DNA from: Nitrospiraceae bacterium
Lineage (GTDB): Bacteria > Nitrospirota > Nitrospiria > Nitrospirales > Nitrospiraceae
Assembly (NCBI GenBank): GCA_050246315.1
Contig: JBFWWG010000002.1
Span: 492,811 to 556,810, forward strand
Reading direction: 5' to 3'
Length of the DNA: 64,000 bases
The position numbers and the translations under genes were made by a program. Of the stretch, positions 28,483-37,709 are shown piece by piece. The notes below the pieces were generated by a model. The model had not been told where the DNA came from and did not search any database. It worked only from the letters and a program-made list of their open reading frames with translations. Numbering within the stretch: the stretch's first letter is position 1; every line of letters begins with the position of its first letter.

Positions 28483-28779
28483 TCACCTGTAGCTATGGCC
28501 ATCGAGATAGACCCCCGTGGCTTCACCTCGGCCGCCATCCCACTGAAAGATCAGCCGCCATTGTTTGTTGACCCGGATCGAATGGAACCTCGACAGATTG
28601 CCGCTCAGCTTCTCGAAATGATTGCTGGGTGGCACCCGCAAGTCCTGATCGGTCGTCGCATCGTCGATCATCTGGAGCTTCCGAAAGAGGCGGCTTTCAA
28701 GATCAGGCGGAATGCTTCGAGACCGCATATCTTCGACAAAGAAGGCCCGTAGCCACTCATCACGAAAACTCACGATCAT
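28483..28779 (-). CDS. higB: HigB/RelE-family toxin
   Basis: MIVSFRD...DLRVPPSNHFEKLSGNLSRFHSIRVNKQWRLIF; start trimmed to ATG 28779. Confidence 0.92.
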   Translation of the reverse strand: MIVSFRDEWLRAFFVEDMRSRSIPPDLESRLFRKLQMIDDATTDQDLRVPPSNHFEKLSGNLSRFHSIRVNKQWRLIFQWDGGRGEATGVYLDGHSYR

Positions 28780-29081
28780 GTGGTGGTTCCAAGGCTGATC
28801 GAGTGTACCACTCCATGGTACACATTGCCAGTTCTGCCGCCTGCAAGTAGTTGCTGGGAACATCCGACTGTCATTCCCACCCACGCCCCGCGGTGAGCCC
28901 CTTGCCTGCATATTCGATGTCGGTGGTCCCACAAGCGCTGGATCAAATGTTTTGCCGCACGCATGCGACGGTCAAGGACACCCGTGACATTGTCCCTATC
29001 GACCAGCAGCAGGCGCACTGTCATACAACGATGACGTGACGTTGAAAATGCAGACGTCGTGCTTATCATCATTGGCGCGGC

Positions 29082-29253
29082 CCGCCATACCAACCTTCGG
29101 TTGTACCGGCGGCTCATCAGGCGCAGCTTCTCTTCATTATCGCCGGCGGAGAAATACCTCCAGTGTTCCTCCCCTTGTTATGAACCGCACTTCGTGTGAA
29201 CGGCGGGCTCTTCAAGCGAAGCTTCTCTTCATTGTCGCCCGCCAGGAAACACC
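29082..29253 (+). repeat. structured repeat, two tandem units
   Basis: Near-identical to 22663-22834. Confidence 0.88.
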
Positions 29254-29781
29254 ACCAGTCTCTCTCCATTCCGGTTGGCATACCTCAACCCCTCACCGGG
29301 CGCATCTCCTCCCAGCTTCTTCATGACCCGGGTCAAGTCGCGACGGAGTTGGCTCATCGCTTCATGACGCGATCGCCCGTTATCCACAAAGACCTGCTGT
29401 GGCTGAGACCGCGGCTCATGCCGCCATCGTCCAAGCATAGTAACCTCAACACCAATTCGGCCGCGATTTGGGTTACGGTTACCTCGAGACCTCAAGCATC
29501 GCGACCGTTTCACGCGTATCCTTCCCTGAAAACTTCCGTCGTGCGCCGATGATATCTCTCCCGGTCCGTTGCGGACCTTAGGTCAGGTATCCGTGGAACC
29601 GGGATAGAACCCAGGCTTCCTAGTCATGGTGACGGCTACCATATGCTCCACGGGCGCGGGGGAACGCGCATGAATACACGCATTTCCATAGAGGATCAAT
29701 TGACATCTGAGTTCACCGCATCTTACCTTTGTGTCGCCGAAGAGCCCGCTCTCGTTGCTTCGTTACTGAGAGGTGGAGAGC

Positions 29782-31338
29782 ATGCGACAGGACGGCCCAT
29801 TTTTTCATGTGGGATTGCTTCTTCTCGTTATCGCACCTCTGAATCTGGTCGCGTGTTCGGGAGGAAATGACACTACATCCGGCGCTTCTAACTCGGAAGG
29901 TAGCCCATCACCTCCCATCGTGCCCCCTCCTCCTTCTCCTAACGTTGAGCGCACAGTGTACATCGCCGACCAGGATCGCGATGAAGTATTCGAGTTGTAC
30001 CTCGTCGGATCTTCCATCAAGCTGAACCCCCCGCTTCCGACCGGAAAGAGCGTCGTCGACTTTAAAATAACACCTGATAATAAGGCCGTCGTGTACCGCG
30101 CAGACCAGGATACTGACGAGATGATCGAGCTCTATCGCGTAGAGTTTGCCCTGCCAGGAGTAAGTACTAAACTAAACAGTCCTCTTCCATCCGGCGGGGA
30201 CGTGAGTTCGTTTGCAATTACCAAGGACAGCGCTACCGTCGTCTATGTGGCTGACCAGGCTGCCGATGAGGTACACGAACTGTATCGCGTTTCCTTCACC
30301 GCACCAGGAATTAGCGCAAGACTCAATGGCCCACTCGCGCCAGGCGGCAACGTCTTTTTTGGTTTTGCTATTACACCTGACGATGCCGCTGTGGTTTACC
30401 CCGCTGCGGAAGAAAGTCCGGCTGCCGTCGAGTTGTACCGCGTGCCTTTCGCTACTCCGGGTCTGAGCACAAAGTTGAATGCTACACTGCCGAGCGATGC
30501 GGATGTTTCTCTCGTGTCGATCATCCCCAACAACTCGGGCGTTGTATATACAGTCAGCCAGTATGTGCCTACGTCGCCGGGCTCACAGTTCGTTTATCTG
30601 ACATCAGAACTGTACGTAGTTGCCTTCTCCGCACCCGGCATATCAACAAAGCTCAGCGCCCCACTCGTCCCATTTGCCATTTCCTATATCCTGTCCTTCC
30701 AAGTCACTCCTGACAGCTCCAGCGTGGTTTACGCCACAGCCGACAACAATGGTGACCGACGCCAACTCTTTCGGGTACAGCTTGCGAACCCCGGAACAAC
30801 AATCAAACTCAACCCACCTGACATTTATGTCTTGCACTTCAGGGTAAGTCCTGATAGCAGCGCTGCGGTATTCGCTGGAAACGGGATCGGCGTATCGATC
30901 AGTTCATCGCGTTATCCTACTGAGCTCTATCGGGTTCGTTTTGCCGAACCAGGATTGAGCACAAAGCTCAACGGTCCATTAAGTGGCACCACGGGAGTTT
31001 CTCCAATCAATGGAGCTTTCGCAATTACCTCAGATGGTTCCGCTTCCGTGTACGTCGCAAGAGAGAAAACGGACACCAGCGAAGTGTACATGGTGCCTTT
31101 CTCCACGCCCGGCATGAGCACAAAGCTGAATGGAGATATGGTCGCGGGAGGGAGCGTTTATCCATTCGCCCCTTTAGCTGTGACGCCGGACGCCAGTGCC
31201 GTCCTCTACCAAGCTGACCAGACAACAGCAGGGGTGGTTGAGCTCTATCGCGTGCCATTCGCAACTCCAGGCACAAGCACGAAGCTCAACGGTCCCCTGG
31301 TCACTGGTGGAAACGTACAAAGCTTCAATGTACGGTAA
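29782..31338 (+). CDS. lipoprotein with beta-propeller repeats
   Basis: LVAC lipobox, Pro-rich linker, about eight repeats of VVYxADQxxxxxxELYRVxFxxPGxSTKLNGPL. Confidence 0.82.
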   Translation: MRQDGPFFHVGLLLLVIAPLNLVACSGGNDTTSGASNSEGSPSPPIVPPPPSPNVERTVYIADQDRDEVFELYLVGSSIKLNPPLPTGKSVVDFKITPDNKAVVYRADQDTDEMIELYRVEFALPGVSTKLNSPLPSGGDVSSFAITKDSATVVYVADQAADEVHELYRVSFTAPGISARLNGPLAPGGNVFFGFAITPDDAAVVYPAAEESPAAVELYRVPFATPGLSTKLNATLPSDADVSLVSIIPNNSGVVYTVSQYVPTSPGSQFVYLTSELYVVAFSAPGISTKLSAPLVPFAISYILSFQVTPDSSSVVYATADNNGDRRQLFRVQLANPGTTIKLNPPDIYVLHFRVSPDSSAAVFAGNGIGVSISSSRYPTELYRVRFAEPGLSTKLNGPLSGTTGVSPINGAFAITSDGSASVYVAREKTDTSEVYMVPFSTPGMSTKLNGDMVAGGSVYPFAPLAVTPDASAVLYQADQTTAGVVELYRVPFATPGTSTKLNGPLVTGGNVQSFNVR

Positions 31339-31393
31339 GGCCGTGCCAACAGTTAAGGTCTCTGGCGGGCTCTTAGCCTCACCGCGCAGGACA

Positions 31394-31708
31394 CTCTGTA
31401 GGAGCGCGAGGAGCTTCTCCGAGTGCGACGGCAAATCCCTCCCTTCTCCGCCATACCGGCACGCACGATCCATGCGACACCTGCTGCGGCGTCCGATTCT
31501 CTCGCCCGGCGAGGGCGTTCTCGTTCGGTCTCCTCAACGTACCACGGTGGGTACGCCTGCAGCGCCCTCACCTGCGAGCACCCTCGGCGGACGTCGGTCT
31601 CGAACGCCTCGCGACGGTGTCCACGAATCGTCCGTGCCGCCTCGCTTGCACGGTTCGGTCAGCTCACCAGGCGCAGGCTCTCTTCATTGTCGCCCGCCGG
31701 GAAACACC
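31394..31708. repeat. composite repeat: REP-like hairpin + tRNA-end fragment, inverted GCGTAC..GTAC module, one degenerate structured unit
   Basis: 31394-31457 resembles 22610-22672; 31660-31708 matches 32934-32982. Confidence 0.7.
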
Positions 31709-31986
31709 ATTAAGATCCTTCCCAATCTTATACCACGATTGAATTCCGCAACCCGATTTCCCGTCGTTTGAATCTGGCGTGAACCGTCGTCGTTGGCCCA
31801 TGTGGCACCCTCGTAGAACCTATCGTGTTCCCTTTTGAAGTGTCGGTCAAACTCGGGCCAGCTCAGGTTTCTTCCCGTTCCGACATTGATTGGGATTGCT
31901 CTGGTCGACTAGCCTGGATTGAACCGCTTGATGATCTCAGGTAGTATCTACACCGTATCTACTCTAGGGCATGGAGGACGGCAGAG

Positions 31987-32229
31987 ATGAAAACCACGGC
32001 CCAGAAATGGGGCAACAGCTTGGCCATCCGAGTACCGAAGAGCATCGCCCAGCAGGCAGGGCTTAGGGTGAAAGATGATCTGGAGATCGAAGTGCGAAAA
32101 GGCGCGCTTGTCCTAAGGCCGCACCTGCGTCGTGTCTATCGTCTGGAGGAGCTGGTCAAACGCATTACCCCGCGTAACATCCACGAGGAGATTGATTTCG
32201 AAGGGCCAGTGGGCCGAGAGGCGTTGTGA
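31987..32229 (+). CDS. mazE: MazE/AbrB-family antitoxin
   Basis: QKWGNSLAIRVPKSIA...LEELVKRITPRNIHEEIDFEGPVGRE. Confidence 0.94.
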   Translation: MKTTAQKWGNSLAIRVPKSIAQQAGLRVKDDLEIEVRKGALVLRPHLRRVYRLEELVKRITPRNIHEEIDFEGPVGREAL

Positions 32230-32567
32230 AGAGCCGGCGGCCTTATGTGCCGGACCGTGGTGACATCGTCTGGCTGCGGTTTAGTCCCCAAGCGGGTCAT
32301 GAACAGGCCGGACATCGACCAGCCCTTGTGCTTTCTCCAGCCAGCTACAATCGCCGCAGCGGGCTCATGCTATGTTGCCCGATGACTGGCCTGCGGAAGG
32401 GCTATCCCTTCGAGGTGGTAGTTCCAGGCGAACCGGATCATGAAAGTGTCGTACTCGCGGACCAGGTTAAGAGTCTGGATTGGAAAGCCCGTAAAGCGGT
32501 GAAAAAAGGGACTGCGCCGGTCGGCGTGATCGCGGATACACTCAGCAAACTTCAGACCTTGCTGTGA
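32226..32567 (+). CDS. mazF: MazF endoribonuclease toxin
   Basis: YVPDRGDIVWLRFSPQAGHEQAGHRPALVLSP...GYPFEV...DQVKSLDW. Confidence 0.95.
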   Translation: MKSRRPYVPDRGDIVWLRFSPQAGHEQAGHRPALVLSPASYNRRSGLMLCCPMTGLRKGYPFEVVVPGEPDHESVVLADQVKSLDWKARKAVKKGTAPVGVIADTLSKLQTLL

Positions 32568-32633
32568 CAATCACAAGGGTTATCGCTAACTCTGATGCGT
32601 AGCCGATTCGGAGAGAGTTGAGCAGAGAACACC

Positions 32634-32798
32634 ATGGAAAGGCCAGCCTTCGTCCTTCTGGTTCTTCTCGGGGCCTCTGGATGTGCTCCCCTGCAAATGG
32701 AGCCGTCCGACTCGATCGCAAAGGGAATCGCCGCTCTGCACGGCCCACCGCCGCGTAGGTTCCAACCGCCAGGTGCCACTAGCCTGCATTATTCATGA
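32634..32798 (+). CDS. possible small or truncated lipoprotein (54 aa)
   Basis: Own translation MERPAFVLLVLLGASGCAPLQMEPSDSIAKGIAALHG...; stop coincides with the start of a repeat. Confidence 0.35.
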   Translation: MERPAFVLLVLLGASGCAPLQMEPSDSIAKGIAALHGPPPRRFQPPGATSLHYS

Positions 32799-32982
32799 CG
32801 GTTCGTCGCAAAATCGTGAAGTCGCCAAGCGAGACGGGCAAGCACAGCCGCGAGAGACCGAGCGTACTTGAAACAGTACATCGAGGGACTAAGCGGCGAG
32901 CACGCCCGCCATACCGCACTTCGTGTGAACCGGCGGCTCACCAGGCGCAGGCTCTCTTCATTGTCGCCCGCGGAGAAACACC
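32797..32982 (+). repeat. long form (~190 bp) of the structured repeat
   Basis: Colinear with 59730-59921 (CGCCAAGCGAGAC, GCGTACTTGAAACAGTA, GCCCGCCATACC, GGAGAAACACC). Confidence 0.85.
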
Positions 32983-33424
32983 ACCAGTGTTATTGTTCGC
33001 TTTATCGTAACTGATGCCACCGGAAAGAAATCGCAAGCGGTCTTACTCCATTGACCCAAGAGCCTGCTGTCAGTACCATACTTTGATCATCTTAGCTATT
33101 AATAGCTAGCTACGAAGCGAAGGACGAAGGCAACAGCCACAAATGGATCGGAAAGGATTTTCCGCCACAGATTCGCCACCGGCAAAGAAACATCGGGGCA
33201 AGACTCACAAATCGATCTCTTGGGACCAGGTTGATTATAGTCACAGTTGAGCGTATCTTCACAGTCGTTCCAGATCGAATGATCTCTCCTCCAGATCTCA
33301 GACCTCACCCAAAAATGTCTTCGTGCTCACAATCATGCTCTGTTGGATGGAAGATTCCGATCGCGAGCCTATACCAGTAGGGAGAGCGGATGATGTCGGT
33401 CTTGGCTGAAAGATCGCTGACACA

Positions 33425-33853
33425 ATGAGTATGCGGCAGGACATTCATTTTGAATCCGGGCTTCTCCGCGTAGAGGCCACAGGGCTGTTCTCGCTAGAAG
33501 AGGCGACACGGGCATTCCTGGAAGTGCTTGGAGCTGTTGCTCAATACGGGGCAAAGAAAGTACTCATCGATGGTCGGAACGTGAAGGGCAATCCCAAAGA
33601 CTTTGAGCGCTTCTACTACGGCGAGTTCGCAGCTCAAGAAACTCAGAGGCTTTACAACGAAACCAAACTTTCTCCGCGGTTCGCGTATCTTCTTCGTGAG
33701 CCTCTTCGTGACCCGAGAAGGTTTGGGGAAATCGTTGCTCTCAATCGAGGGATGAAGATCATGGTTTGTGAAACCCTCGAAGAGGCTTACGAATGGCTTG
33801 AGCTTGCTCCCGTTAGCAAACCGCAGCAGGCGCCGCACGAAAAGCGCGTCTAA
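33425..33853 (+). CDS. hypothetical protein (SpoIIAA/STAS-like)
   Basis: KVLIDGR...FGEIVALNRG...ETLEEAYEWL pattern. Confidence 0.7.
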   Translation: MSMRQDIHFESGLLRVEATGLFSLEEATRAFLEVLGAVAQYGAKKVLIDGRNVKGNPKDFERFYYGEFAAQETQRLYNETKLSPRFAYLLREPLRDPRRFGEIVALNRGMKIMVCETLEEAYEWLELAPVSKPQQAPHEKRV

Positions 33854-33982
33854 TCGCGCAGAGTGGCCTGGGCGGCAAATAAGGTGTCCCCTCGTTCCCG
33901 TCTCAGCACTGCAGAAGCCGACGTAGGTCCTCCTCATGGCCGTCGCCAAATACACATCTTCGGTGTTGCTTGATTCTGCTCC

Positions 33983-35467
33983 CTATGCCTGCCTCCCTCC
34001 CCGACTCTTCTCCCCTAGCGCCCGCCTGAGTTCCACCATGCCCAACGTGTCTCGCGCGCAATAGGCGCGCAACGCGTCCGCGATGCGCTGCCGCTCCACC
34101 CAGTCGGTGATCTCGAAGACCATTCGCGCGTACTCGCGGGCCGCGACCGCTCCTTCGCCGATCTCAAGATCGTCATAAGCCAGTTCCGGCACCACCGCCG
34201 GCAGGACTGACTTGATTGAGTAGGAGCCGTTGAAGGCCGGGTGGTAGTAGTGGTCCTGCACGACCGCCAAGAGGTCCCACAACCGTTTGACGACAGCCTG
34301 CAATGCGGATCGGTGATGTGGAAATAATTCGGCCAACTGTTCGAGCACCGACCGCTCATACTGGGAATAGACACAGATCGTTCCGCGGTCGCCGAGCGAC
34401 TCCAAGAGGCGCCGCGTGAACTCCTCCCGAGGATCATCCGGCGTTTCCGAGAGATAGTCCTGGTGGAGAAGCGGGCCGGCTTCCGCCTCAACATGATTCG
34501 ACCACTGGACGGGGATCAGTTGAAACGGGTGCGTGCCGGGATAACAGGGGATCGCCGGCATGAACGTTTCAAAATCGAGATGGTGGACGGGATACTGGAC
34601 TGAAGCCAGGTTGTCAGCTAGGGCAGGACCGATCCATTCCCGGTTGTCCTTGACCCGGCGCTGGATCACCGTCAACGATACCGAATCGGGAACCTCGTCG
34701 ATCGTCTCTATTCCTTGATCGATCAGCTCCTGCGCCGTTGTCTTCCGGCCCGGCAGATGGTACACCCACCGGGTGGGTTTTCCTTTGATGCAGTGATCCC
34801 AGTAGGGACATTCGTAGGGCATATGACAATGGGCGTCAGGCTGGATCAACGGAGGAGCTGGTGCCTCGACCATCGTCCGCATCTCGGACAAGCGGGCCGG
34901 CAGTTCCTTGAGCCTTTCCATGACGAGTGGGGTCACGTCGCACAGAGTGAACAACCGTGCGAGATCCATGGCTCCGCCCGGATAGCGATACTCGGTGTTG
35001 AGGTGCATCAGCGATGCCCCTGAGAGGGGGAGCCCGGCCCCGATGGCGACATGGGCCTGGATGGCGAGGTCATCGAGATGATGAGCCTTGGGCCGGCCGG
35101 AGGATTTGACCTCGATCAGGCGCCAGCGTGATCCCTGCTCCTCCGGTGTCTCGCGCAGCAACACGTCCACCCGCACCAACGTGTGCTCGGAGAGCAACGC
35201 TGCCTCGAAGATTGCCGGCACGGATGGGTCCGCCATCAGCGCCGCCGTTTCGTCGAGCGCATCCTGGCTCTGTCGGTAACCGGCTTCGATCAGCTTGCCG
35301 CCGGGGAAATACCCTCGGGCGGTTTCGCCGACCGTTGATCCCATGTCCAAGATGGCCTGCCTGGATGCATTCGGTGGCGCGGCAAGTTCTGGCTCATGAA
35401 TCATCAGGTAGAGTCGTTTGTGACATTGAAGGCCGGCGAGGTAGCGAGACTTGGATAAACGTGTCAT
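33983..35467 (-). CDS. DUF2779-domain protein (RecB/Cas4-like nuclease plus RNase H-like domain)
   Basis: LSKSRYLAGLQCHKRLYL, RVDVL, LIEVKSS, HCHMPYECPYWDHC, LDFET, GSYSIKSVLP, YCARDT. Confidence 0.85.
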   Translation of the reverse strand: MTRLSKSRYLAGLQCHKRLYLMIHEPELAAPPNASRQAILDMGSTVGETARGYFPGGKLIEAGYRQSQDALDETAALMADPSVPAIFEAALLSEHTLVRVDVLLRETPEEQGSRWRLIEVKSSGRPKAHHLDDLAIQAHVAIGAGLPLSGASLMHLNTEYRYPGGAMDLARLFTLCDVTPLVMERLKELPARLSEMRTMVEAPAPPLIQPDAHCHMPYECPYWDHCIKGKPTRWVYHLPGRKTTAQELIDQGIETIDEVPDSVSLTVIQRRVKDNREWIGPALADNLASVQYPVHHLDFETFMPAIPCYPGTHPFQLIPVQWSNHVEAEAGPLLHQDYLSETPDDPREEFTRRLLESLGDRGTICVYSQYERSVLEQLAELFPHHRSALQAVVKRLWDLLAVVQDHYYHPAFNGSYSIKSVLPAVVPELAYDDLEIGEGAVAAREYARMVFEITDWVERQRIADALRAYCARDTLGMVELRRALGEKSRGGRQA

Positions 35468-35619
35468 AGAAGAGACTCGGACGGACACGGAAGAGGGCGG
35501 ACACCACCGCAATCGGCGGAGCCCGTCCCCTTGCAGCTCCGCACGAGCCATCATGAATAAAGAGCGCCGGCGCTGTCCAGCCTCAGTGTGCACAATCAGG
35601 TTCGTAAAATGGTGATCTC

Positions 35620-36945
35620 GTGAACGGTCGCGTGAATCAAATCCGCTGGTCGGTATTGAGCCTGGCGCTTCCAGTCACCGTCAGCAGCCTGTTGCAACGG
35701 GCCGAAGGGATTCTCGGGGTGTTCCTGGTCGGAGGATTGGGAGCCGAGCCGATTGCCGCAGTGGGACTGAGCCAGCTCTTGATCTTCATCGCTGCGACCT
35801 TGCTCGCCGGATTTTCCGTCAGCGGCAACGTACTGGTGGCACAACTCTGGGGCGCCCGCAGAACCGGCGATGCCGGGGCCGCCGCCACACATCTGCTGCT
35901 GATCGGTCTGGCAGTCTCCGGCCTGCTCGCCGTGCTTGGGGCGTTGCTCAGCCCCGCGTTGATGCGCCTCTTGGGGGCAGCGCCATCGGTCGTCGCCTTG
36001 GCACGCCCCTATGTGACCGTGATCTTCGCGATCCTGCCGATCACCGTGACCATTCAGATTTGCTCATCAGTCCTACAGGGCACGGGCAACACCCGCACGC
36101 CGGCCGTTGCACTAATCATGGTGAACGCCGTCTACGCCTCTCTCGCCTACGCCTTGATCTATGGAAAGGCGGGCCTTCCGGAACTGGGCGTGCAGGGCGC
36201 GGCGATCGGCGCCGCCGTCGCCGAGCTCGGCGGCGCGCTCTTTCTCCTCCGCCGCAGCCGCCATCTCTTGAACTGGCCGAGTGATATCCGGTGGGACCTG
36301 CTCCGCTCCGCCTGGCAGGTCGGTGCCCCGGCTTCCGGCGAACGAGTCGTCCAACAGGCCGGCGTCCTGCTCTATACCAAGCTCGTGATTGCATACGGGA
36401 CGGTCGCCTATGCCGCGCATCAAGTGGGCCTGTCGATCGAAGCCCTGTCGTTCTTACCCGGCTACGGCTTTGCGGTCGCAGCCGCCTCGATGGTGGGGCA
36501 AAGCATCGGCGCGGGCAAGTATCAGCGCGCCAAGATGGAAAATTGGGAGGCCAACCGCCAGGCAGCGATCATGATGGCGGGCATGGGCATCGTCTTCTTC
36601 TTCTTTCCCTATGCCCTACTCCGTCTCTTTACCGACGAGGCAGGGGTGATCGAGCTGGGCACGTCGTTTCTTCAGATCGTCGCCTTAATTCAGATTCCGC
36701 TGGCGCTGACGATGGTCCTCTCCGGATCGTTGCGCGGGGCCGGCGACACCCGCTTCATCATGGGTGCGACGTTCGTTGGGATGTGGGGCGTGCGGATTCC
36801 GGTCGCCTATGCGATGTCGCACCTGCTGCCCGGCACGGTCATCGCGGTCTGGTGGGGCATGGTCATCGATTGGACCGTCCGCATGGGGTTGCTTATTTGG
36901 CGCTACCGTTCCGAGCGGTGGCAGCAAATCAAGGTGATTCGATAG
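35620..36945 (+). CDS. MATE-family efflux transporter
   Basis: ~12 TM segments, GNTRTP, LRGAGDTR, VGQSIGAG. Confidence 0.92.
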   Translation: MNGRVNQIRWSVLSLALPVTVSSLLQRAEGILGVFLVGGLGAEPIAAVGLSQLLIFIAATLLAGFSVSGNVLVAQLWGARRTGDAGAAATHLLLIGLAVSGLLAVLGALLSPALMRLLGAAPSVVALARPYVTVIFAILPITVTIQICSSVLQGTGNTRTPAVALIMVNAVYASLAYALIYGKAGLPELGVQGAAIGAAVAELGGALFLLRRSRHLLNWPSDIRWDLLRSAWQVGAPASGERVVQQAGVLLYTKLVIAYGTVAYAAHQVGLSIEALSFLPGYGFAVAAASMVGQSIGAGKYQRAKMENWEANRQAAIMMAGMGIVFFFFPYALLRLFTDEAGVIELGTSFLQIVALIQIPLALTMVLSGSLRGAGDTRFIMGATFVGMWGVRIPVAYAMSHLLPGTVIAVWWGMVIDWTVRMGLLIWRYRSERWQQIKVIR

Positions 36946-37034
36946 CGTGTCTAGCTCGACGTCAACGTGATCGGTTGCGCAAGGTCAGACGGACATTCTG
37001 TGGGCTTGACTTAGTCACTATCATGATCCAGTAT

Positions 37035-37289
37035 ATGGTCGTGATTAAGATCAACATACACGAGGCGAAGACCCATCTTTCCTATTACCTGGCGAAATTG
37101 AAAGGGAAAGGGGAAACGATTGTGATCTGTAATCGTAATCAGCCGATCGCGGAGATTCGTCCATTGCCGGCGCTTCCCACTCGCAAGCGTCCGATTGGAC
37201 TGGCCAAGGGGCTCATGACCATCCCCAAGGAGTTCTTCGATGAGTTGCCGGCCGACCTCTTAGACAACTTCTCCGGGAAGGAGACATGA
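37035..37289 (+). CDS. Phd/YefM-family antitoxin
   Basis: INIHEAKTHLS...GETIVICNRNQPIAEIRPL (3' part of the 36291 ORF). Confidence 0.9.
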   Translation: MVVIKINIHEAKTHLSYYLAKLKGKGETIVICNRNQPIAEIRPLPALPTRKRPIGLAKGLMTIPKEFFDELPADLLDNFSGKET

Positions 37290-37672
37290 AGCTCCTCCTC
37301 GACACCTGTACGTTTCTCTGGATCATTTTAGACGATCACACCTTGTCGGACCGAGCAAGGGACCTCTTCACCGATCCTGCCAACGAAGCCTATCTCAGTG
37401 CTGTTTCAGTCTGGGAGATAGCGGTTAAGTTCAGTCTCGGAAAACTGCCGCTCCCTGAATCGCCGGAACGGTTTATTCCGGACCAACGCGAACGACATGC
37501 CATTGCGCCACTCGCGCTGGAGGAGCAGGCTGCGCTCTACCTCCATCGCCTCCCTACGCTTCATCGGGACCCCTTCGACCGCATGTTGATCTGCCAGACG
37601 ATCCAGCATGAGCTGACGCTGCTCACGCCCGATCCATTGATTACCCAATATGCGGTGAGGACCGCCTGGTAG
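37286..37672 (+). CDS. vapC: VapC PIN-domain toxin
   Basis: LLLDTCTFLW, SVWEI, HRDPFDRMLICQ, LLTPD. Confidence 0.93.
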   Translation: MKLLLDTCTFLWIILDDHTLSDRARDLFTDPANEAYLSAVSVWEIAVKFSLGKLPLPESPERFIPDQRERHAIAPLALEEQAALYLHRLPTLHRDPFDRMLICQTIQHELTLLTPDPLITQYAVRTAW

Positions 37673-37709
37673 GAGAAGGCGCTGCGGCAGCTTCGGGCCG
37701 ATCGGTAGA

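Noticed and set aside
28780..29770. Short ORFs between higB and the lipoprotein
   Set aside because: No motifs; overlap repeats; probably decayed or non-coding sequence
22663..33980. Integron cassette array (single genes and TA pairs separated by repeats)
   Set aside because: Repeats lack RYYYAAC...GTTRRRY ends, genes are in mixed orientation and the integrase is not recognisably IntI-like
33983..35467. DUF2779 protein as a cas4 gene
   Set aside because: Similar nuclease and Cys motifs, but no cas1/cas2 or array; architecture fits stand-alone DUF2779
36291..37034. 332-aa ORF as an extended antitoxin
   Set aside because: The 5' part is an alternative frame of the MATE gene; only 37035-37289 looks like Phd/YefM
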